From positions 1,240,001-1,304,000 of the forward strand of contig MU058059.1 of NCBI GenBank assembly GCA_013265495.1: DNA of 64,000 bases, in the 5' to 3' direction. The first letter of the stretch is position 1. Every line of letters begins with the position of its first letter. Below the pieces are notes generated by a model. It did no database searches. It saw only the letters and a list, made by a program, of their open reading frames with translations, and was not told the DNA's origin. Of the stretch, positions 15,456-29,244 are shown in pieces. The position numbers and the translations under genes are program-made. The DNA is from Vicugna vicugna (Eukaryota).

Positions 15456-18400
15456 CCGCAGCCCAGTCCTCTCATTTGAGGGATGAGGGATCAGAATTCA
15501 CCTAGTCCCCATTGTGTGCTTACATGTGTGAGAGAAGGAGAGAGAATGTTGCTTTTAACTGTTGGTTTCTAAGAGTGCGCCGGGGGTATCTGACACCTGT
15601 GGGCAAATGTGCGTTTCTTACATAGGACAGCAGCATGGTATTTAGCCCAGATGGAAGAGGAAATGAACACTCGGTGGCTTTTGCAGGTGTATGCATCTGT
15701 CTGGGAAATGGGTTTGGCAGGTGTGAGGCCCAGTCCAGCTATCTGAAAGGTCAGGTGTTCTCTGCTCTTAGATTACTCTTTGGATTCAGGCCATTTATAC
15801 TCCAGTAACTCTGTCCCTTCTAGTTGTGATACTAGATGTACTGTTTGACACCTGCGTGTCTGAGTGTAGTGGTATTGTCTGACTCTTCTCTTTTAAGGTG
15901 GTTGTGGGGAAGAAATGAAATCACCAGGGCAGCTTGGAGAAGCAGTTGTGGGGAAGAGGCCTGCTGGTCCCCCATCATTTCCACCACCCGAAAAAGCACT
16001 CCTAAATGAACGTATAGAAGTGAAAACTGAGTACTTGCTATAAAAATGTTCCCCATTCGGCCACATCATGGTCCCTAAGCCTATTCTGTACAGAAATTTT
16101 GGAGCTGCCAGGGTAGGTGTTGCGTTGAGGCTGGGAAAGCATTATCCACATGTTAGTGGTGGTGGTGATAATGGTGACTCTGCCTAGAGGGCTCATTACA
16201 TGTTGGGGACCAGAGATGCAATGGAGGCAGAAGCTTTCTACGCAGTTTGGGTCAGATCCCAAAGACAGGGAGAGCTTCCCAGAGTGCTTTGCGGTTTGGA
16301 ATGAGTCTCAGGCAGGCGACAGTGGCGCCCACTCTCTCACCTCTTCTGAGCTGCAACACTCCTGGAGTAACTGTATTTTGAGGCTGGCCTGGGTTTCCTC
16401 GATCTCACACTGGGGCCATTGCAACGATCATGGGAAGCCCCCAGTTTGCTTCATGATTTAGGACTTCAGGTCGGGGCCCTGGCATTACCTCACTCTGTTT
16501 TGGAATCCCCGCTGCTGAGTTATTGAACATGTAACTATGGAATCTTAATGTCTGGGGCTCACAATCGTGAGAAGGCCAAAGAGGAATTCATTTCACATTT
16601 GAAGGAGGTACCACCCAGTTATTTTTTTTATTATACGGCCCTTTCGGATGACCCTGCTGCAACAACTATAATACATTCATATTCTTTCAGAGTATAAATA
16701 CAGTCCTAGCAAAAGAGAAGATGGCCTGCTCCAAATAAGGATCCGAAAGCACATGTGTGTCTAGTACATCAAACCAGCACTGATGGAATATTTTTACCCA
16801 GTGAGACTCTTCCGATCTAATCAGGACCACAAAAGAAGTTACGGGATTAAAATGGGCTCAGTCATATTAATATAAATTTTTTTCTGAAGAGGAGAAGCAC
16901 ACATTTTCCACACTAAATTTAATTTTGAATTTCTATCAAATCTTACAATAATATTAGCTGGTTTTTTATTCTGAAGAAGACAGAATTATCGTTACGTCAG
17001 AAAAGCATCACAAATACTTGCTAGCGAGAAAGAGGCCAACGTGACTCCTTGACAGGTGAAGTCAAGTGATGACACAGCTTGTTACAGAGCTGAAATATTG
17101 TATAGTATATTGGAAAATGAGATGCAGAAAAAGCAGAGATAATGCTTTTTAGGTCTGGTCTGTATTATTCTCCAAAGCCACTTCCTCCAAGGATTAGGGC
17201 TCGGCTGCAGAAAGATCTGTAGAGCTCTGAACATTCACAGCAGATCATGTAAGAGCTGAGTATATTCAGCTCACCAGAGTGAGGCTGTGCCGCAGATTTC
17301 CTTCAGATTCCTCCCAATCACTTAGACCTTCTGGCTTTTGATGACATTAATATTAATGAGATGAGATAAAAATGATCCTTTCTGGAAATTTGATACCAAT
17401 CAATGTTACAGCTCTATATTTTGACCAAGGAAAGATGTTTTTCCTATTTTCACGGATAAGTATATTACCATCAGGACTGCGAGTCCACAACCCCAGGGAG
17501 GAGAATGAGAAGAGATGGTCATTTGCAAGGGTCACTTTAAGAGCGTAGGCATCCGAACGTATGTTTAATGGCTTACTTCAGAAGTACTAGAACTCAGAGA
17601 GTATCTACAGCTTCCCTTTGTAAGCAGTAGAGGAATCTCTCCAGGAGTCTATGAAGGCTGAGGACACAGGTCGCAGGTTGGGGGGTGCTGGGCAGGACAA
17701 GGAGTCCTGCTTCCCAAGTCAGAGGAAGTTACAATTACAAAGCTCTAGGGATTCCATCAGTGGAACTGGCTCTCTGGTTTTCAGTGCCTGTCGCTACTGG
17801 CATGTAGTGACATCAAAAAGTCAGCTAGTCTTCCCATCTCTGAGCAAGGCGGGGTTCCAGACCACGTCAAAATGATCATTTCTGTACCTGTTTCCTGGGT
17901 GATCCTTCACCTCACAAGGTGAGGTGGAGACTGAAAACGTCCTATTTATTTAAGGGATGTGGAAAGTCAAACTAGATAGTTTGATTCCCTCTTTGCTTTT
18001 GCAGTCATAAAAATCTCAAGGGCATATTGCATAACCTCTTGGACATAATACATATTAATGCAGTATTTAAATGATGCATAATGTTGAAGAGTTGGTATTG
18101 AGTGATGTGATTTGAAGAAAGTACTAGATGGCTTTTAAAGATTCCTTCCTGCTTTCTGGTCCGTGGTAGTCTCCCATAAAGCTGTGGAAACGGGAGCTGG
18201 GTCATTTCTGTAATGTTCATGAGGCCACTGCGTTTTCTAGAAACCCTGACTTATACAAAATGTAGTACAATTACAATGTCCCCAAAACACAAGCTATTGG
18301 GTTTGGTTTTATACCGCTCTGGACTTTGCCCCCACTTGGATTAGTGATTCTCAGACTTCTTCAGGAGGTGGGATATTTGAAAATCTCAGAGCTCTCCTTG

Positions 18401-20264
18401 GAAGGTTTTGAGATACCAAACAGAATAAATTTGTGTATTGTTTTCCATTGAATCACAAGCCCTCTAACATTAGACTCTTATACGGGAATATAGTACGCAT
18501 CACATATTGGAGGAGTGCTCGTGGGAGGAAACCTTAGAGCTGTGGACCTTTGTCTGATGACATTTTTTTTCCCCTAAAAATTGGGAAAGAACACAGTCAT
18601 TTATTTGAGCCATGGGACACTCTGACCTAGTTACAAACACCAGTATTCTCCAAGAATATAATTTTTAAAACACGGGCTTAGCAATCACGATGGTCAGATA
18701 GCTAAGAATCTGTCTTCTGCCATTATTTTTGCTTTGGCCACTTAACATGTTGACTCTCAGGACCACACTGCAAATGCATACCTGTTTCTGATTCTCTGTT
18801 CTGCCACACTGCTTTTCAGGTTTCTCTAGCTCATTAACTACCTTGTTTCTCTGGACAATACCCCAGAGGTATTAGTGGGCACTTTTTCCCAGTTGAATCT
18901 ATTTTTTAAAATTTCCTAGTGCATTTTCTTTATCCAAGCAAATCGTTTGCCGTCATTTCTGTATCCTTAGAGGTGTCTATGACACCTCCTTGGTTTTGTG
19001 TCAGCATTAGTTAGGGTGCTGTTTACTGCCTTCTCCTGATCATTAGGGAACTCGGGTGAGGTTCAGGCTCACCAGGGGAATTTCCCTTCTGGTTATTTGT
19101 ATTCCACACCTCACTGTCCTCAAAGGGACAAGCACCTCAGGCTTGTATTGTTTGAAGACAGAGAAAGGGTTCAACCCACACAGAGTTCAGCTTTGAAGAA
19201 ACATTTTGTGAAGTCTCTCTCTACCTAAATCAGGTAGTAAGCTCACGTCCAATTCTAACAGCCGTCTCTGTTTCTAGCTGCGGGATGGTATCAGGAGTGT
19301 TCAGTCCACAGATTATCTCACACTTTTTCATCACAGGCTCTCTGTATGAGGTGGGTGACGGGGGACTAGCTGTTTGTAAAGTTCTCTAGGAGGCTTTCCG
19401 GGGGGGGGGGTCCTGCCTCCAGCCCCCACTCTTGAAGGATTCAGGCAAGAGGATCATCAGCCTCTGGAGGGAAGCCTTTCTTCCTCACTCTCCAGCCTCT
19501 CCAGCCTCCCTTTACTTCTCAGCAGGCCTGGGGATGGCACTTAACTGCTTCTCTTAGTGAGTAGCCAAGTAGCCGCCACCATCCATCCCATCTCCTCCTG
19601 GGGATTTTTCTCTCCCAAACTCATTCTCAGTGGGGTTGTCTCTTCCTGGCTAACCCCTTTCTCACACCCTCCAAACAAATGCACCAACATTGTTTTAGAG
19701 CTTTTCTGTTGATCACATGGGCCAAGAGCCTACTTAGCACTCCTGAAGAATTGATAGGGATATCCGGATCTTCCAGACCATGAGACAGGGGATGGACATC
19801 TCCTTGGCTGTATTTTATTTCTGAGAATGTGGTTTGTCCATCCCCACCTCCTGGCCTCTGGCCTGCAAAGATTGCACACGTCCATTCTTCGTCACAGCCC
19901 CTCTTCCCGGCGCGGTGGGCCTGATGAGTCGGGACAGAGCCTTAAGTACCTGCTGGTCGTACATATCTGGGTCATTCCCACCTCAGAGACCTTCTGGATT
20001 GGAAAGATGGTCCCGGCCTCAACCCGGAACATGTTTTTTCTGTTTCTGATCCTCAGTCACTCACCACTGTCCATGCGCTACCTTCCGGTCAGATATTTTA
20101 AGATTTCAGGCAAATTGTCCCTTCATTCAATGAGGAAATAAGCTCAGTGAGAGTAGATATTTGGTCTTGTTCAATGCCATATGCTTAATGCCAAGTAAAG
20201 TGACTGATAAGTATCTGTTCCATGTACAAGACAGGGAGTGGATTTGTGGGCAACAGGGAAGTGT

Positions 20265-21030
20265 GCAGAGTTGAAATGGAAATATTAGATAGCATCCCAT
20301 TAACCAAGGAGCCTGTCTAAGTACAAAAATTGGAAGGAAATTCTAACATTTGAATCACTGAAGGGATAGACCACTTTTCTGGACATAAAGACTCAGTATT
20401 GTAAAGATGCCAATTATTCCCTTAGCTTAATGAAATCCCATTAAGAATGTGACTGGGTTTTTCGTTTTTACATATCAGTGTTATTCTAGGGACCTACTCA
20501 AGAGACATGAGAATGTATTTCCACATAAAACTTGCATGTGAATGTTCACAGCAGCATTGCCCATAATAGCTAAAAAGCGGAAACAACTCAAATGCCCATC
20601 AGCTTGTAAATGGGTAACTAAAATATGATCCATCCATGCAATGAAATACCCGACTCAGCAATAAAAAGGGAGGAAGTATATACTGACATGCTACACCATG
20701 GGTGACTTCAACAACGTGCTCTGGGAAGGAAACCAGATGCCAGAGATCAAATATTGGAGTTGATCACTCCGTGTATATGATAAGTCTAGAAAAACAAATC
20801 TGTAGGGACAGCAGGTAGTTTTGTGGTTACCTAGGGCTGGGGGTGGAACTGAGGAGTGACTGCAGGTAGGTCCAGGGTTTCTTCTGGGGGTGATAGAAAT
20901 GTGCTAAAATTAGACCAAGGTGGTGGTTGCACAACTCTATAAATACACTAAAAACTGTGGAATTGTATACCCAAAATTGATGGATTTTTTATTATGTAAA
21001 TTATGTCTCCGTAAAAGCAAAATTGAAATT
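20265..21030 (+). mobile_element. Old L1M fragments (ORF2 piece and 3' end)
   Basis: Degenerate motifs such as aatgttcacagcagcattg...aaacaactcaaatgccc and gggtgatagaaatgtgctaaaattaga...ggttgcacaactct, typical of L1MB-like 3' ends. Confidence 0.7.
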
Positions 21031-21194
21031 CTAAAGTTTTTCTAGAAGAATAGAATGATATGAGGAGCCAGGGCATTTGGGGGGGAAAAAAAAGCAGTGG
21101 CAGGACACTAATTATATCCTTTGGAAAAAGTCTTAGAAGGAGACTTTCTGGATTAAAGGATATACATAAAATGAATAATAACAGTAATTGAATA

Positions 21195-23140
21195 CCACAC
21201 ATCCAGAATTGATACTGAACGAACCTGGCTCAAAACTTCACACCTTAAGATGTAATCTAAAGTAGATTAGAGTTTAAAGTAGAATATAAAATTATAAAAT
21301 GTTTGGAAGGAAACAGGAAAAAATCTGTGGGACAGATTTGGGCTTGGTTAAGAGTTCTTAAATGTCCATAATCCATACAAGAAAAAATAATCAATAAATT
21401 AGACATCATCAAAATTAAAATATTTTGCTCTGTGAAAGATTGATCCTGCTAAGAGTATGAAAGAAATAAGCTACAGGCTGGGAGAAAATATTTGTAAACT
21501 ATGTATCTGACAAAGGACTCATATGTGTAATATATAAAGAATTCTCAATAATCAACAGTTAAAAAGACAATCCACTTAGAAAATAGGCAATAGACATGAG
21601 CAGATATTTCACCAGAGAGGATGTCTGAATGACAAAAAAGCCCAAAAAAGATGTTCAACATCACTAGCCGTTAGAAAAATGCTAATTAAGACTATGGTAA
21701 ACTATCACTACATTTCTACTAGAACCACTGAAATTAAAAAAAAAAAAAAGACAATACCCAATGCTTGTGGTGATGAGAAGAACTGGGATCTCTTACAGAT
21801 TGCTGCTGTGACTGTCCAAGGGTATATAGTCACTCTTTTTTTAATTGAAGTATAGTCAGTTAAAATGTGTCAATCTCTTGAGTACAGCACAGTGTCCCAG
21901 TCATGCGTATACATACATGTTTATTTTCATATTTTTCCATTAAAGGTTATTACAAGATATTGAACATAATTTCCTGTGTTATACAAAAGAAACTTTTTAA
22001 AAATTATTTTTTATATATAGTAGCTAACATTTGTAAATCTCAAACTGCCAAATTTATCCTTTCCCTCCTCCCTTCCCCGGTAATGATAAGATTGTTTACT
22101 ATGTCTGCCAGCCTTTTTCTATTTTGTAGATGAGTTCATGGTGTCCTTTTCTTTTTATATTCCACATATGAGTGATATCATATGGTGTTTTTCCTTCTCT
22201 TTCTGGCTTACTTCACTTAGAATGATGATCTCTAGCTCCATCCATGTTGCTGCAAATGGCATTATTTTACTCTTTGTTATGGCAGAGTAGTATTCCATTG
22301 TATAAATATACCACAACTTCTTTATCCAGTCATCTGTCAGTGGACATTTAGGTTGCTTCCATGTCTCGGGTGTTGTATATAGTGCTGCTCTGAACATTGG
22401 GATGCATGTATCTTTTCGCATTAGACTTTCAATGGGTATAGTCACTCTTAAAATTATTTAGTGGCTTTAAAAAAATTAATACTCTTTTAACATATGACCC
22501 AGCACTTCACAAATCTGGGCATTTATCCCAGAGAAATAAAAACTTAAATCCACACAAAAACATGTATATAATTGTTTGCAACAGCTTTATATGCAATAGC
22601 CCCAAATTGGAAACAACAGTGTCCCTCCATAGGTAAATGGCTAAACAGACCACAGTACAGCCACACCATGGAAGATTACTCAGCAACAAAAAGGAACAAC
22701 TTTTCATAGATGCAACAACTGGGATGGGTCATTATGCTGAGAGGAAAGAGCCAATCTCAAAACAGTTCCTATTGTGTAATCCGTTCTGTAACATGCTCTG
22801 AAATGCCAGGATTATAGAGATGGAAAACAGATTAGTTAGTGGTTGTTAGGGGTTGTGGATGGTGGTCAGGGGTCAGGAAGGTGGGGGGCGGGGAGCTGTG
22901 TGTAAAGTGGGAGAGCAAGGGAGATCTTTGTGGTGATTAACTAGTTATTGCACCTCGATTGCAGTGACACAGCTCTACACATACATCATACCAGTGTCAA
23001 TTTCCTGGTTTTGATGTACTGCAGTTATGTAAGACATAACACCTGGGAAATACAGGGTGAAAGGTACATGGGACCTCTCTGAACTATCTTTGCAGCTTCC
23101 TGTGAATCCATAATTATTTTAAAATAAAAAGTTTAGAAAA
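21195..23140 (+). mobile_element. Old L1MC-like element (ORF2 3' part and 3'UTR), interrupted by the L1 at 21838-22436
   Basis: catcaaaattaaaatattttgctctgtgaaaga, gggagaaaatatttgtaaac; resumes after the TSD with catatgacccagca... and ends tgtgaatccataattattttaaaataaaaagttt. Confidence 0.75.
21838..22436 (-). mobile_element. 5'-truncated lineage L1 (ORF2 C-terminus and 3'UTR) inserted into an older L1
   Basis: ORF 22155-22445 is the ORF2 C-terminus (WKQPKCPLTDDWIKKLWYIYTMEYYSA); 13-bp TSD tatagtcactctt at 21825-21837 and 22437-22449. Confidence 0.88.
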
Positions 23141-23339
23141 TTGGTAAAGAACAAAGATGTACAGATACAAATGTATTATAAAATTATAATTAGAGTTTAA
23201 TTATTAACTTTAATTATTAATGTTCTAATAATTAAAAGAATGTACATAATTTAAAATAAACAGATGGGTAAAGAAGTGGAAGATTTTAACATGTTAAAAG
23301 TGATATTTTTCTGAATAGGTCAGTATTTTTTAATATATC

Positions 23340-24470
23340 TTGTTAGGTTAGCTATTTATTGAAAAACAAATTAGGTCCCTGCTTTTCACTATACTCCAAA
23401 ATGAATTCCAGATGGATTAAACATTTTAAAGTTAAAAACTAGACCATTAAAAAATTAAAGAAAATTTGAGTGAATATATATTGGATCACAGGATAATGAG
23501 ATTCCTTTTAACCAGGAATCAAAGACCAAAGTCATAAGGAAAAAAATTGACAGTTTGCACTACATAAAAATTTTTAACATTTTAATTAATGAATATCAAA
23601 AAGAAAACTCAAGAACAAGAAAGAGGAAAAAATTTCAATATAGTCACCAAAGAGTTGATACCCTTAACATATGAAAATGTTCCCAATACCTGAAAAAGAT
23701 CTTAATTAGAAATAAGGGATAAATGGAAAAAACAGATAATTCATAAAGTAAGAAATTCAAACATTATATAGACAGGAAAAGTATTAATTTCATTAATAAG
23801 AAAGGTAGCAAATTTATTAATATGATTTTATGTATCTTAAAATTAATAATTCTATTTCAATATAATATTCACCTTTCACAATGGCAAAAAATCCCTTTTT
23901 CTAAAAGATAATATTCACTGTTGCTCAGAAATTAGGAAAATATATTTGTATGCAGTGCAGTATAAGTCTTAAAATATGCATATTCTGAGCAATTTCACTT
24001 TTAGGGATTTAACCTACTACTAATGGTAATAATGACAAAAAATTACAGCACCAATATTAGCTAATACATGTGGTACTTTCCACGTGCAGGCATTTTCCTA
24101 ATCACTGTGCACATGTTGTCTCATCCTCACAACACAGGCGGGTTTTGCCAGTGAGAAAACTGAGGTCCATAGAGGTTAAATCATTTACTGAAGGTCACAT
24201 GGTTGATGATGGGTCGAGCCAGGATTTGAACCCAGCAGTCAAGCCCCAGAAAAGATGCTGTTAATTACTGAACCATACTCCCTCTCTTCCTAGGAAAATA
24301 ATCAGAGATACATGCAAAGATGTTTGTACATGGATGTCCATCACTGTTTCCTTTACCATGGTGAAAACTAGAACCACTTTAAGATGGCAAAGTAGAAGAT
24401 GGGTTAGCTAACTGAAGGGCTGTATCCATCCATTGTACCAAAATCAGCATCCATTAGAAACGATGCTGTC
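23340..24470 (+). mobile_element. Very old L1 (L1ME-like) ORF2 3' fragment, split by a MIR
   Basis: A-rich degenerate L1 motifs (aaatgaattccagatggattaaa; tacataaaaattttt); continuity ttagggatttaacc...taggaaaataatcagaga across the MIR. Confidence 0.55.
24058..24280 (-). mobile_element. MIR SINE
   Basis: gagaaaactgaggtccatagaggttaaatcatttactgaaggtcaca...ggatttgaacccag. Confidence 0.8.
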
Positions 24471-24599
24471 CAGTTAAAAATTAGGCTACTGAACTTTTTT
24501 CCGTGCAGGGCCAAGTAGTGAGGACATTGGCTGTGTCGGCCAGATGGTCACTGTCACAGTTCTCCAGTCTGCCTTTGTAGCACAGACAGCATGGGGACC

Positions 24600-24877
24600 A
24601 GTTGAGTGCGGCCATGCAGCACTGAGACTCAGGATGGTGTCTAAGAAAGCTTTCATGTTATTGACGGAAGGACACCTTCCAGCCTGGTGATGGTATTCAG
24701 CTGCTCAGCGAAGTAGAGCACCAGAAAGAGCCTGAGTCCTCAGTGCAACTCTGAGCCAGTGCCCCAGTCCTGTACTGCCCGTTCGTTGTAGGGGAGAAAC
24801 AAAACCCCTCCATATGACTAAGCCATTATTAGTTGGGTTTTTGTCATGTGCGTCCAAAAGCATTCCTAATGCATACA
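24600..24877 (+). mobile_element. Old MaLR LTR 3' part (MLT1 family), preceded by a MER58-like fragment at ~24490-24600
   Basis: taagccattattagttgggtttttgtcatgtgc...aaagcattcctaatgcataca is an MLT1-type 3' end. Confidence 0.55.
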
Positions 24878-25179
24878 AAACGGTAGGGAAATTAAACGTT
24901 TATAATTTTGCCTCAGACGAGCCCTGGCCTCCCAGAATTTCAGTTTTCTCTTTGATGGAGCCTAGAATGAAGAACAGTGCAGAGAAGCGCATCAAAATTG
25001 CACTCAGTGAGGGAACTTCATAGGTAGTTTTTTTTCCACTTTTTTCTTTGTGTATTTTTGTCTTCATGTCAAACACTTCCAAAGTGATCATGGATATCTT
25101 TTGTAATTACAGTAAAAAAGAAAATATGAATAAAAACAGCTCTTGTGAAGGAATTCTCGACCTAACTACAAGATATGAA

Positions 25180-25620
25180 ATGCCAAACACATGGACAAAT
25201 GAAGAAGTGGACACAGATTAGATAGAACGGATCAGTGGAGAACAGATTAGTGGTTTGCAGGGATTAGAGATGGTGAGGAGTAGGGATGGGTGTGGTGATA
25301 AAGGAGTAACATAAAGGAACCTTGTGGTGATGGCGGAGTTAAGCATCTTGATTGTTGTGGTGGTTACACGAAACCGCAGATGTGATAGAACTGTACAGCT
25401 ACACACACACACACATGCACACACACGAAAGTACATATTTAACTGGTGAATGTCGTGTAAACTCCGTGGATTGATTCAATGCTACTTTCCTGGTTTTGGT
25501 ATTATATAGTGATACAAGAGGTTAACACTGGGGATTGCTGGGTGAAGAGTTCACAGTACCTTTCTTTGCGGCTTCTTGTGAATTTGTAATTATTCCAAAC
25601 TTAAAAGGGTTTCAAAAACT
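25180..25620 (+). mobile_element. L1MC-like 3'UTR fragment
   Basis: gagaacagattagtggtttgcaggg...cttgtggtgatgg...(CA)n...ttgtgaatttgtaattattccaaac; similar to 22800-23140. Confidence 0.7.
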
Positions 25621-26538
25621 TTTAAAAACATGAAAGTTTGTAGTTTAGCCAAAGTCATTATAGGTTTCCGAAGCTAAGAAAGAAGCAAAGCTTACTTATC
25701 CTGTGCCTAGAACCAACTCGTGAGTTCTAGCAAAAGCATTTTTCTGGAAGTAAATTCTAGCCAGCGTCTCTATGCCTCCCTGAAAGCAAGCTAGGAAACA
25801 AATTAGGCTAAAAGTATTTGTCACTTAACTGTCAGTGGTCAACACTTTGCTTGTCTACCCTCAGGGCTGGGAGACTCTCAGCACATTTAGCACCTGATGC
25901 CAACCTTCTAAAAGCCACCTGGATTATTTCTGGGAATAGACTGAGGTACTTCTTTTTTTAAAATTCCTGGCTTCATAATGAAAAAATATAAGATTAAAAT
26001 ATATATATATATACATATACATATATATATGAATAATGGAAGTACCACACAGCATGAAGTAGGGATTAGAAATAACAATCGACAGTGTCATCTATTAAAG
26101 TTTTTGAGACAGTAATGGATTCATCCCTGTATACATCTTATCTTTATTTTTTAAGTATTTTATAATCCTCTTGATTCTGTGGAGTTCTTTACGAGGTTCG
26201 CTTTCTTCCAGTCATTGAAGTTTTTTTTTTTTCCTGTTGATTCCTTCTATGTTTCAGTGCCAGTTGAATCAAGTGGTCCTCTTACCACTTTGAATTTTAA
26301 AGGAAATGCAGAGCTGAATATTTGCCTTGGGATACATTTCCTCCTTCTCCTCCCATTTCTCTCTTTTAAAAGCATCTCCAATCCATCCACCAACATGGCG
26401 AGCCTACTTGTGTGTATCTGTCTTTCCTTCCTATCTATTGCACTGAAGCGTGGGCCCAAGTAAGATTCCTGAGAAGGAGCAGGCTGCCTAGAGCACAAAA
26501 TACATTAAATTCCTAACTTGTCTTGGGCAAAAATTTTA

Positions 26539-27090
26539 TTTTTTTTAATTTTAATTTTTAAGTTTTTTAAAATTTAAGTATAGTCAGTTACAATGTGTCT
26601 ATTTCTGGTGTACAGCACAGTGTCCCAGTCATGTATACATACATTTACTCATTTTCATATTATTTTTCATTAAAGGTTATTGCAAGATCTTGAATATAGT
26701 TCCCTGTGCTATACAGAAGAGACTTTTTTTAAAATCTATTTTTATATATAGTGGTTAACATTAGTGAATCTCAAACTCCCAAATTTACTCCCTCCCACCT
26801 GCTTTCCCTGGTAACCATAAGATTGTTTACTATGTCTTTGAGTCTGTTTGTTTTGTAGATGGCATTCATAGTGTCCTTTTTTTTTTCTTTTTAGATTCCA
26901 CATATAAGTGATATCATATGGTATTTTTCTTTCTGTTTCTGACTTACTTCACTTAGAATGACAATCTCCAGGTCCATCCATGTTGCTGCAAATGGCATTA
27001 TTTTATTCTTTTTTTATGGCAGAGTAGTATTCCATTGTATAAATATACCACAACCTCCTTATCCAGTGTTCTGTTGGTGGATATTGAGGG
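26539..27090 (-). mobile_element. 5'-truncated lineage L1 3' end
   Basis: Highly similar to 21838-22340; T-rich tail; possible TSD aaaatttta at 26530-26538 and 27091-27099. Confidence 0.85.
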
Positions 27091-28299
27091 AAAATTTTAA
27101 AGTAGGAGAATACAGGGCTCCCCTCTAATGTCTACAGCCTTCCTGGATTTACCCCTGTAACTCTAAAATAGAAATAGTTAAAATCTACCTATCATCCACC
27201 CAAATCTGTCTCTTCATGACTTCCTAGGTGTCATCAGCCAATGTGATCAATTAAGTGACATTAATGGGAGCATCTGGACACGACTCCCAGAAGCCTCACC
27301 AAAGCCCTCCTGATGACAGCACCCCTCCCCTCCTCTCGGTGTTTAACCCCAAGTCACTCAACTAATCTGAATTTTGGGGAGTAAGGTTAGGCCGGTGGGG
27401 AACCTGTTTTAAATGCTGGCAGATGCATCCTGATCAGTGGGTCTAAACAGCTATTTGAATTTTTAGCAAAAAAATGCAATATTCTGGGAGGATGCCCAGT
27501 GGACGAGGAGGCAGTCTGTGGAGCCACAGGACCAGTCCTGCATGAATAACAGGGCTCTGCCCTCTCTTTGTCCATAAAATCCCCTCGTCTGTTTGTTAGG
27601 ACAACACAGTCTAATACTGAGTCTAAGTGTCCGTCACCTGCGGAGACCTTCACACACCTAGGTTTATTTTCAAGACAACTGTCAATGGGATTTGGTTGAT
27701 TATCTCCATTGGACCTAGGGAGATATTGAGGCAGCATTTTAGAGAGAAAGACATGAGTCAGAGTGAGAACTAACCCAGTCGACTATCTGTATATTTCTTC
27801 TGAGTCTGCTACTGAAATACTTATGAATTGTATAACGTGATTATAGCACCGAGACTAGCAATTCAATCAAGAAACAGCACGTGTGTTGTAGCCCTGTTTA
27901 TTTTTCACTGACCACAGGCAGCTCTGAGGCAGCAACTGAAAAGGTGAAAAGTCACAACTTCCATTCACCCATCTCTGGGGCTCCCTCATGAAAGCACAGT
28001 CTTCTTCTGGCTTTGGTTAGAAGTGCCTCCTCCTCCCAGGCTCTGCACCTCTTCCCTGAGGAGTTTCTGCTTCTCTGCTTTGAAATCTCCAAGTAGACAT
28101 GGGTGTGCCATGGTTCCCAAATGAGTTGCCTAAGACACAAAAGGTTATTTCTAAATAAAAATATACACCCAGACTCATTAAAAGGATGCAAAAGGAAAGT
28201 AGGACAGAAGGCAATGACTGATGATGGAGACATGGCCGTTGCCATGGTAATGACAGAGTGGGTGGGGCTAATTCTGGCCCTTCGGCATTTACTTTAAAT

Positions 28300-28985
28300 C
28301 CCTGGTTCTCAAATACCAGGGTGCATCAGAGTTAGCTGGTGGGCTTGTTGAGACATGGGTATCTGCCCCCACCTCCAGATTTGGACCTTACGATTTACAT
28401 TTCTGACAGGTTCCCAGGTCTAGCCCAAGGGCCAGATCTGTTTTGCCACCTGTTTTGGTAAGGCCTGCGAGCTAATAATGGTTCTTACAGATGAACCTTT
28501 GCGATTGATTCCATGATGGGAAATGCTAATTTTGAACCCCAATTAAGTGAAATGCTGTCCCCCACAAAAAGAATTAGATTTTTCTCACGAGTAGATCTGT
28601 ATTATAAAAAAGCATGGTGGGGGGAGGGTATAGCTCAGAGGTAGGGTGCCTTCTTAGCATACCTGATGTCCTGGGTTCAATCTCCAGTCCTTCCATTAGT
28701 ATAAACAAACAAACAAACAAACAAACAAACAAACAAACACCCTCCTCCCAAGAAACTAAGGGGAAAAAAAAGTCTACTCAGTACTATAGTTTGAATTTCA
28801 TCAGTAGAACTAGGGGATTCTGATTTCCTCCCTTGTTGTATAAGTACCCAGATAATATCCTTGATTTTGCCTCTTGGCTCACGAAGCTGAAAGTATTTCC
28901 TCTCTGGCCTTTTACAGAAAATATTTGCAGATCCCTGTTCTAGCAGATGCTGCAGACCTGGGAGGGACTTTGAGGACCACTGCTC
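28300..28985 (+). mobile_element. MER5-like element interrupted by a MER58-family element (~28420-28937), itself interrupted by a SINE
   Basis: MER5 halves (tggttctcaaa...catttctgacaggttcccaggt and gatgctgc...ctttgaggaccactg) flank MER58-type sequence ending tggccttttacagaaaatatttgcagatccctg. Confidence 0.7.
28619..28771 (+). mobile_element. tRNA-derived camelid SINE (Vic-1 type)
   Basis: GGGGAGGGTATAGCTCAGAGGTAG...GGTTCAATCTCC followed by (AAAC)n and an A-rich tail; homologous to the 14919-15036 copy. Confidence 0.85.
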
Positions 28986-29244
28986 TGAACTGGTTTACTA
29001 AACGCCCCTTCTGCTCCCTGGCACAGCTGTTCTGGCCAGTCACACAATGTCCGGAGACACACAGTCCTTGGTGTTTATTGTTCCACTGCAAGCAGAGAAT
29101 CTGCGGAGCCCGCAGACTGTGGAAAATGCCTTAGTGTTTGTTTCCAAGAGTAGAGAAAAGGGATTTGAAACAATATGGTAGTGAATCCTTAGCAGAATTT
29201 TAAGGGGGGAGAACTTTGTTTAGGATGCCATCCCTCCTCTTTCT

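Noticed and set aside
17908..17926. Small hairpin cacctcac-aag-gtgaggtg
   Set aside because: An 8-bp stem is within chance expectation.
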